From a virus: 64,000 bases of DNA. The stretch's first letter is position 1. Every line of letters starts with the position of its first letter. Shown here piece after piece: positions 57,912 through 64,000 of this stretch. The position numbers and the translations under genes were made by a program. The notes under the pieces are model-generated. The model worked only from the letters and a program-made list of their open reading frames with translations. It was not told the origin of the DNA and did no database searches. Location: IMG/VR virus record IMGVR_UViG_3300014257_000015, positions 1-64,000 of that record. The stretch is one strand, 5' to 3'.

Positions 57912-59013
57912 GTATAGAGCTGCGTTCATCGCAGACATACACGGTAGCAACAAGCTTCCATATTCCAAGCCCACAAAACAAGATCGCACCGACAGACTAG
58001 ACGACCAAATAGCGCTGCTACGTCGCTTCAGAGCTTCGGCCGAAGAGTATGATGTCGATGCCATCTATGTTCTAGGCGACCTCTATGACAAGTCGCTGGT
58101 GGACCCGGTAACACTAACGCACATAGTTGAAGAGGTCGTGTCTTGGCCATTCAACACATACATCCTCCCAGGCAATCACGAAGCAAATAGTCTTCGAGGT
58201 GGACGTTTTGCTGTTGAGGCCTTTGGTGTGATGGGTCGGGATCATCTGTTTGTGATTGGCAATGATGTTGAGCCTGTGATCATTGATGATTGGTTGAATT
58301 TCTGGCCAATAGCGTTCATGCCAGTCGGGGCAACAAAGCGGCGAATCGAAGCGATACGCGGGAAAATCAACAAGAAATGCACTAATGTTCTTCTTATGCA
58401 CAACAGCGTTCTGGGAGCGAATCACCAGGGCTGGACGTGTGATGACGGTCTGTTGGTAGAGGAAGTGTGCAACGGTTTCAATTGGACGTTATCAGGCCAT
58501 TTCCATACACCACAGAAATTTGGTGGGACAGGCTTGTATCTCGGCGCACCAATGCACCACCATTACGGTGATGTGGGACGAAAGGCCGGTTGGTGGATTA
58601 TGGATTTCTGTGGTGGCGATCTCAAAAGGAAGTTCATCGACGGCGCTGCGCCACGATTTCACATATTGGATGGGATAGACAAAAAAACAGCATCGAAAAT
58701 CAGCAAAGGTGATTATGCGCGAATTGAAATCAACGCAACAAGCGAAGATTGGGTGAAGATGAAGCCCGAAGTCAAGGCGTATTGTGCTGCACTTGATGAA
58801 AAAGGCATCAATTCATCTTTTCGACACATCCCGATTGCTCGTCATGGAATGCGTATGGCATCGTCGAAAACGGCGGCGATGACGCTTGACGAGGCGGTGG
58901 CCAAATACCCAGAAACAGCTAGCGTTGAAATTGGTTCGTTGGACAAGAAAAAGTTGAAATCAATTGGGCTTGAAGCGCTTCAAGCGGCGAGAGGTGAATA
59001 TGGAGTTGCTTGA
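57901..59013 (+). CDS. SbcD/Mre11-like metallophosphoesterase nuclease
   Basis: ADIH, GDLYD, PGNHE, SGHFH. Confidence 0.9.
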   Translation: MERRYRAAFIADIHGSNKLPYSKPTKQDRTDRLDDQIALLRRFRASAEEYDVDAIYVLGDLYDKSLVDPVTLTHIVEEVVSWPFNTYILPGNHEANSLRGGRFAVEAFGVMGRDHLFVIGNDVEPVIIDDWLNFWPIAFMPVGATKRRIEAIRGKINKKCTNVLLMHNSVLGANHQGWTCDDGLLVEEVCNGFNWTLSGHFHTPQKFGGTGLYLGAPMHHHYGDVGRKAGWWIMDFCGGDLKRKFIDGAAPRFHILDGIDKKTASKISKGDYARIEINATSEDWVKMKPEVKAYCAALDEKGINSSFRHIPIARHGMRMASSKTAAMTLDEAVAKYPETASVEIGSLDKKKLKSIGLEALQAARGEYGVA

Positions 59014-60892
59014 GGTGGGTGGAAAGGATTTTGGGCCATTCAGCGAATTCTCTCTTCAATTGCACAACCAGGGGTTGGTTTGGATTGGAGGGGTGAACAA
59101 TGACTCCAAGGCTGCTAAATCAAACGGCTCGGGGAAATCACACATATTCAAAGCAATCACGTGGTGTTTGTGGGGAGAAGCGATTGACAAAGAAGTAGGC
59201 GACAAGGTCATTCGCAATGGGACCAAAGAGGCGACAGTGTATGTCAAGTTGGGTGGCGGGTGGAAGGTGTGTCGTGTGCGGCGAAAAGGTTCGCCACGCC
59301 TTTCACTCATCACACCAGAAGGGGAATCTTGGAAGGCCATAGGCAAGGATGTACAAGAGAAGATCAATGAATTGGTTGGTTTAGATTTCAAGGCTTTCAA
59401 AAATACAGTCCTGTATGGTCAAAACGATTCTCTTCGTTTTGCCAATCCTTCGACACGCGACGGCGATCGCAAGGACATGCTCCATAAGATTTTGCGCACC
59501 GAGTTGTTGAAGCATTGTCACAATTGGGTTAAGGAACAATCCAAACAATTGAATGCCAAACTATCGGATGTACAATCACAATCATCGTCCGTGAAGGCGC
59601 GCCTTGAAGAGCAGGACGTTTCAGGGCTCCAGGAAGAGCACGACGAATGGGAAGAGGAACGGCAAGAAGCAATTGAAGAGCACAAAGAGTCAGCGAGACT
59701 CAAAAAGTCATTGGCTGAAGCTGAGCTGAAAAAAACGGTTGATGTCTCGAAGTTGAAATTGGAAATCAAAAAGCTTAATGCCGTCGTTGAAGAAGGTGTA
59801 GTTGCTGAAAGGGACATTGCTGCGCTGGACAAAAAATTGGATGTTCTTAGATTCACTAGGGAAAATTGTTCCAACGAGTTGGCTAGGATGGAGACAAAGA
59901 TCGAAGGAACGATTGAAAGGTTGGAACAGATGGATGAGGATGAGTGTCCCATCTGTAGGTCTCCAATGGGCAAAGGCGTAGCTCTTCGCACAAAAAAGAA
60001 CCTGGAAAAAATCAAATCCATAATCGAGAGCGAAGCAGAGGAGAAAAAGGCCAACATCGTAGGGTTGGCTGAAGACATAAGTCGTGTTGCCGAAGAGAGG
60101 AAAGCGAAGTCCAAAATTGTTTCAGCTGCCACGGATGCCTCAGGGGAGATATCTGACTTGAACGCAAAGATAATGGCAGCGACAGCAGTCAACGATCGTG
60201 TCGATGCGTACATCGCCGCCGCTCGCGAATCTCTCAAACAAGCGAAGGCGAAAGCAGCAGAAAAAAACCCGTACGCTGCGCGCCTAGCCACAGCAGAATC
60301 CAAGGCAAAAGCATTCCAACAACGCCTACATGAGCTTCAGGAAAAAGAGTCAGAAATCAGCAATGAGCTCGCACACGTGAAGTTCTGGGTGAAGGGGTTT
60401 AGCGGCGCTGGGTTGCCGTCGTTCATCCTCGACAGCGTGATGCCGTACATCACCGAGCGCGCCAATCACTATCTGGGCACATTGGCGGACGGCGACATCA
60501 AACTGAATTTTGATACGCAACGTGAATTGAAGAGCAGCCGGGGCGAATACAAAGACGAGATTGAGATCAGTTGGGAAATTGAGGGGGCAAGCGACACATA
60601 CCCGGCCAGCGGTGGTCAACTGAAGAAAATCGAAATTGCCACAGATTTGGCGCTGATGGATTTGGTGGCAACTCGGGAAGGCGGCCATGTTGATCTACTG
60701 ATGCTCGATGAAGTTCTGGATGGTTTGGATGAAGAAGGCCGACAGCGTGTGCTCATGCTCCTTCAAGAATTGAGAGCCAAAAGAGGTTCGATATTTGTAA
60801 TCAGCCATGAAGTTGACATGGCCGAGATATTCGAGAAGTCTGTGATGGTGAAGAAAGATGGTGGGGCGGCCATATTGGAGTTGGCAGCATGA
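59000..60892 (+). CDS. SbcC/Rad50-like ATPase
   Basis: SNGSGKS; coiled coil with CPIC hook; SGGQ; LDEVLDGLD; ISH. Confidence 0.92.
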   Translation: MELLEVGGKDFGPFSEFSLQLHNQGLVWIGGVNNDSKAAKSNGSGKSHIFKAITWCLWGEAIDKEVGDKVIRNGTKEATVYVKLGGGWKVCRVRRKGSPRLSLITPEGESWKAIGKDVQEKINELVGLDFKAFKNTVLYGQNDSLRFANPSTRDGDRKDMLHKILRTELLKHCHNWVKEQSKQLNAKLSDVQSQSSSVKARLEEQDVSGLQEEHDEWEEERQEAIEEHKESARLKKSLAEAELKKTVDVSKLKLEIKKLNAVVEEGVVAERDIAALDKKLDVLRFTRENCSNELARMETKIEGTIERLEQMDEDECPICRSPMGKGVALRTKKNLEKIKSIIESEAEEKKANIVGLAEDISRVAEERKAKSKIVSAATDASGEISDLNAKIMAATAVNDRVDAYIAAARESLKQAKAKAAEKNPYAARLATAESKAKAFQQRLHELQEKESEISNELAHVKFWVKGFSGAGLPSFILDSVMPYITERANHYLGTLADGDIKLNFDTQRELKSSRGEYKDEIEISWEIEGASDTYPASGGQLKKIEIATDLALMDLVATREGGHVDLLMLDEVLDGLDEEGRQRVLMLLQELRAKRGSIFVISHEVDMAEIFEKSVMVKKDGGAAILELAA

Positions 60893-61062
60893 ATTGTCCC
60901 AATTGTGGAGCTACAATGGTGGCCATCAGATCGACAAAAGTTGAAGCGGACGTCATCGATTCAACTTCCACAGAGACCACCGACGTTTTGTTACCAATTT
61001 CGAAGAGCGAAGAAGTAAATGGTCTGACGTGTGAAAACTGTGGCTATCTGGAGGAATGGTGA
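60889..61062 (+). CDS. 57-aa Zn-ribbon protein (missing from the ORF track)
   Basis: MNCPNCG…CENCGYLEEW*; ATGA overlap, GGAG RBS; fills the gap exactly. Confidence 0.7.
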   Translation: MNCPNCGATMVAIRSTKVEADVIDSTSTETTDVLLPISKSEEVNGLTCENCGYLEEW

Positions 61063-61622
61063 TGGTTTCCACGAAGCTGAAGGGAAAGAACGTGTGGCTC
61101 CACGTCGAATTGGACGATGAGGAAAGAGCTGCTATGGTGTCTATCCAACGCAAAATGCGTCCATTGATGGATATCGGCGTCATATGCCCTTGTTGTCGAC
61201 GCAAGTGCAAGGTGTACAAGCAGCGGATATCGTCAACGATGGCAGCAACGTTGTATTGGATGCATAGAAGGTCAAAGAAAAACGGCGGCAAATACATTCG
61301 AATGTCTAGGGTTGCTCCAAAATGGGCAGTGGCAGCACCTGAGCGTGCGCGTCTTGCTAAGTGGGGGTTGATAAAAGCGAAGCCGCTGGGCGGGGAAAAG
61401 GGAAGACTGAAGAACAGCGGAAAGTGGAAGATAACGCAAAAGGGGATCGATTTTTGTAAGGGCAAAATAGCAGTCGAGAAATACGTTTGGCTTTTGAATA
61501 ACGTTGTGATTGAAAGATCAGAAGAAACAACAGATCTACAAAGTTGTCTTTCGAACAAATTCGATTACTCTGCGTTGATGCGTGGCGAATATGACGATCT
61601 AGAGTCGATACCAAGGAGATGA
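61062..61622 (+). CDS. Hypothetical winged-helix-like protein
   Basis: GGAGG RBS; CPCC; LAKWGLI…G.WKIT.KG..F. Confidence 0.6.
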   Translation: MVSTKLKGKNVWLHVELDDEERAAMVSIQRKMRPLMDIGVICPCCRRKCKVYKQRISSTMAATLYWMHRRSKKNGGKYIRMSRVAPKWAVAAPERARLAKWGLIKAKPLGGEKGRLKNSGKWKITQKGIDFCKGKIAVEKYVWLLNNVVIERSEETTDLQSCLSNKFDYSALMRGEYDDLESIPRR

Positions 61623-61623
61623 T

Positions 61624-62325
61624 ATGGGTTTGAAAGTCATAGGCGCCGACATTTCGCTGAATCACGGCGCCCTTGTCGAGATTACGGATGGAGAGTTGTC
61701 CAATTTTTGGTATTGGACTGACGTTGCATCATCAGCATCCAGGAGCAAGCGTGGATATAGGATGGTTGTTCTGAACACGAAAGATCGTGGGTTGAAATCA
61801 ATACACCGATTGGCCAATATCGAGAGGTATCTGTACGGCATATTGGAGGGGGCCGAGCCGGACTACATTGGCATCGAAGACTATGCCATCAGAGAAGAAC
61901 AAGGAGCGCACTACCTCGGAGAAGTGGGTGGCATTTCGAGGATGTTATGTTGGAAATTGAACATTCCGCTTCGCCTTCACGACCCGACCAGTGTGAAGAT
62001 GTTCGTTGCGCATGACGGAACGTGCCAAAAGGATTCAGTCGAACGTGCTGTGTTGGATAGGTGGGGTGTCGACTTTTCAAGGTTCAACCAACCAATAGCG
62101 AAACCAAACAAAAAAGTGAAACAACCGAAACAATCCCGCCGCACCAGCGAGGATCTGTGTGATGCATTTGGAATAGCACACATGGTTTGGACTGAAGTAC
62201 AGCTGCGTCGGGGAGAAATCGCCATGTCATCGCTTCATGAAAAGGAAATCAGAGTCTTCAATAGAGTCACCAAGACTTACCCAGTTAACTTGTTGGATAG
62301 GGAATGGATCAAAAGATGCGACTGA
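61624..62325 (+). CDS. RuvC-like Holliday junction resolvase
   Basis: IGADISL..G, IEDY, P.SVK.F, K..V, DLCDAFGIA. Confidence 0.82.
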   Translation: MGLKVIGADISLNHGALVEITDGELSNFWYWTDVASSASRSKRGYRMVVLNTKDRGLKSIHRLANIERYLYGILEGAEPDYIGIEDYAIREEQGAHYLGEVGGISRMLCWKLNIPLRLHDPTSVKMFVAHDGTCQKDSVERAVLDRWGVDFSRFNQPIAKPNKKVKQPKQSRRTSEDLCDAFGIAHMVWTEVQLRRGEIAMSSLHEKEIRVFNRVTKTYPVNLLDREWIKRCD

Positions 62326-62579
62326 TGGAAGCGATCGGGTGGATTGGGACGTTTTTGTATGCTGTGGCTGGGTGGCCGCAAGCTATCAATTCAATTCGTC
62401 GTGGGAATTCGGACGGCGTTCGCATTGGATTTTTATCGATGGTGATCGTTGGAGGTTTCTTGCATGTTGCCTACAGTTTGCATTTAGACTCTTCACCCCT
62501 CGTGGTTTGTAACACATCAACCATTTTGGCGATGGGCGTGGTTATGAAATATCGATTGGCACCGAGGAGAATTTCATGA
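62325..62579 (+). CDS. SemiSWEET/PQ-loop-family small transporter
   Basis: Three TM segments; GW…WPQ…R…DGV; conserved N in TM3. Confidence 0.7.
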   Translation: MEAIGWIGTFLYAVAGWPQAINSIRRGNSDGVRIGFLSMVIVGGFLHVAYSLHLDSSPLVVCNTSTILAMGVVMKYRLAPRRIS

Positions 62580-62803
62580 GCGAAGAATGGTCAACAGACG
62601 ACATCATCGGGGCGTCTGATTACGATGGTGAGACGGTCGGTGTCAGCTACGAAGGAATCGAGTATGTAACTAATCTTGCCGCTAAAATAATCATCGATGG
62701 AGAAAAGTTTTGGGTGCCGAAGTCAGTCATTGTGGACGCGGACGACGAAACTGTGATCGTGAAATCATGGTGGGCAGAAAAAGAAGGTTTGGAAAGCTTT
62801 TGA
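62576..62803 (+). CDS. Hypothetical protein
   Basis: GAGGAG RBS; WVPKS.I…W.A..EGL phage family pattern. Confidence 0.7.
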   Translation: MSEEWSTDDIIGASDYDGETVGVSYEGIEYVTNLAAKIIIDGEKFWVPKSVIVDADDETVIVKSWWAEKEGLESF

Positions 62804-63042
62804 CTTGTCCGTCTTGTGGATTGGATTACAATGATTTCAAGACTGGTTACAAGTATGCAGATGTTTGGTTGTTGCTGTGGAGCGGCAGTGAAGATCCTGC
62901 GACTTGGAAGTACAAAAGGCGCAGTACGGTGCTGGGACTTTGGCACCAATTGAAGATGGAGATGTGGAATTATCACACAGAAATGTGTTCGTTGCAGGCA
63001 GAATGTGAAAGCACGCAACAGAACGACGAGGTGCCATTTTGA
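62800..63042 (+). CDS. Small hypothetical protein with CxxC
   Basis: TTGA overlap; TCPSCG; ends DEVPF. Confidence 0.55.
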   Translation: MTCPSCGLDYNDFKTGYKYADVWLLLWSGSEDPATWKYKRRSTVLGLWHQLKMEMWNYHTEMCSLQAECESTQQNDEVPF

Positions 63043-63959
63043 AGGCAGACACACTTATATTCGATGGGAAACACCTGCTTTGGCGTTGTGCCGATGCATT
63101 CAATACGCTGTCGTACGAGGTTGAAGGCGAAGAAATTGGGACAGGTGCGATATACGGTTGGCTGTCGTGCGCGATGCGCGTACGGATGCGATACGGGGGC
63201 CGTGCAATCGTGGCGTGGGAAGGTTCGAACAACTTCAGATACAAATTGTATCCCGAGTACAAAGCAAAGGATGAGCCTGACGAAGAAAAACGGCTGTTTC
63301 TCGAAGATATGAAGAAACAGGAGAAGCGTTTGAAGGCTGTTCTTCGTGCCATTGGAATGCCTCAATTTCTCGCCAACGGCGGTGAAGCGGATGACGTCAT
63401 CGGGACATTAGCAGCCAGACACGAAATGGCACACCGTCGCGTTGTCATATACAGCGGTGATTCTGACTTGCGCCAACTCGTCACTAGCAAAATCTCAGTT
63501 GTTTCCCCGGGGTTCAAGGGTAAAGAAACGATGTATGGGGATTCAGCAGCAGTCAAAGAGAAGCACGGCGTTGATCCGATGCTCATACCCGACCTGAAGG
63601 CGTTGGCTGGTGACAATTCTGACAACATTCCGGGGATGCCTGGCATAGGAGACAAACGAGCGGTCCAGGCCATACAAGAGTGTGGTGACATTGACGAGAT
63701 CATCACGGCGGCAAAGAGCGGCAAACCCATTGGCATCCCCGAACGATTCAGGGCTGTGTTGATAGACAACGAGGAATCTCTTAGGCTGTACAAGAGGCTC
63801 ACAACGATCAATCTTGGCGTTGGAATGGATGCGATTAAACCAAAACGCAGCAGAAAAAGGGTGGCGCAGTATTTCATGGCATACGGCTTTCGGTCGTTGA
63901 TGGAAGCTCCTGAAATGGAAGCTGTGATGGCGCTCGGGGATGAAGACGACGAAGATTGA
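63039..63959 (+). CDS. 5'-3' exonuclease / flap endonuclease (Pol I N-terminal-like)
   Basis: FDG; FR…YPEYKA; EADDVIGTLA; SGD.DL.QL; LAGD.SDNIPG..GIG.K. Confidence 0.93.
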   Translation: MKADTLIFDGKHLLWRCADAFNTLSYEVEGEEIGTGAIYGWLSCAMRVRMRYGGRAIVAWEGSNNFRYKLYPEYKAKDEPDEEKRLFLEDMKKQEKRLKAVLRAIGMPQFLANGGEADDVIGTLAARHEMAHRRVVIYSGDSDLRQLVTSKISVVSPGFKGKETMYGDSAAVKEKHGVDPMLIPDLKALAGDNSDNIPGMPGIGDKRAVQAIQECGDIDEIITAAKSGKPIGIPERFRAVLIDNEESLRLYKRLTTINLGVGMDAIKPKRSRKRVAQYFMAYGFRSLMEAPEMEAVMALGDEDDED

Positions 63960-64000
63960 TCAATGTTGAATCGAAAGCTCAAGGCATTGGATAGGATTGA

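Noticed and set aside
1-64000. Alternative genetic code, tRNA genes, integrase/att sites
   Set aside because: Genes tile densely under the standard code using all three stop codons; no tRNA or integrase was recognised by eye (tRNAscan not run).

Overview
This is a 64-kb internal segment of a large tailed dsDNA phage with a contractile tail (myovirus). Every credible gene is on the + strand. Positions 1-27.9 kb carry virion genes: head-tail joining, sheath, tube, a tail chaperone with a -1 frameshift, tape measure, a P2/Mu-like baseplate and fibres. Positions 28.4-30.1 kb hold a membrane/lysis cluster. Positions 30.1-64 kb cover replication, nucleotide metabolism and recombination: SF2 helicase, putative ori/initiator, DnaC, DnaB-like helicase, MTase, primase, CobS/CobT-like pair, sigma factor, nucleotide-modification cluster, DnaE, HU, UvsY-like protein, gp32-like SSB, RecA, SbcCD, RuvC-like resolvase and a 5'-3' exonuclease. 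No capsid, terminase, integrase, tRNA or CRISPR array was seen. Four observations stand out. (1) The DnaE intein (52044-52922) has no in-frame endonuclease. Instead it contains a complete HNH endonuclease gene with its own RBS in the +1 frame, so about 490 nt are dual-coding. (2) An operon of FAD oxidoreductase, MazG-HAD, atypical class-III aminotransferase, atypical ThyX and dNMP kinase looks like an undescribed base-modification pathway. (3) A promoter-driven, pseudoknotted RNA leader precedes the putative replication-initiator locus. (4) CCAAT/ATTGG palindromes recur at the putative ori and two other intergenic sites. All calls come from motif recognition by eye; no database search or folding program was run.
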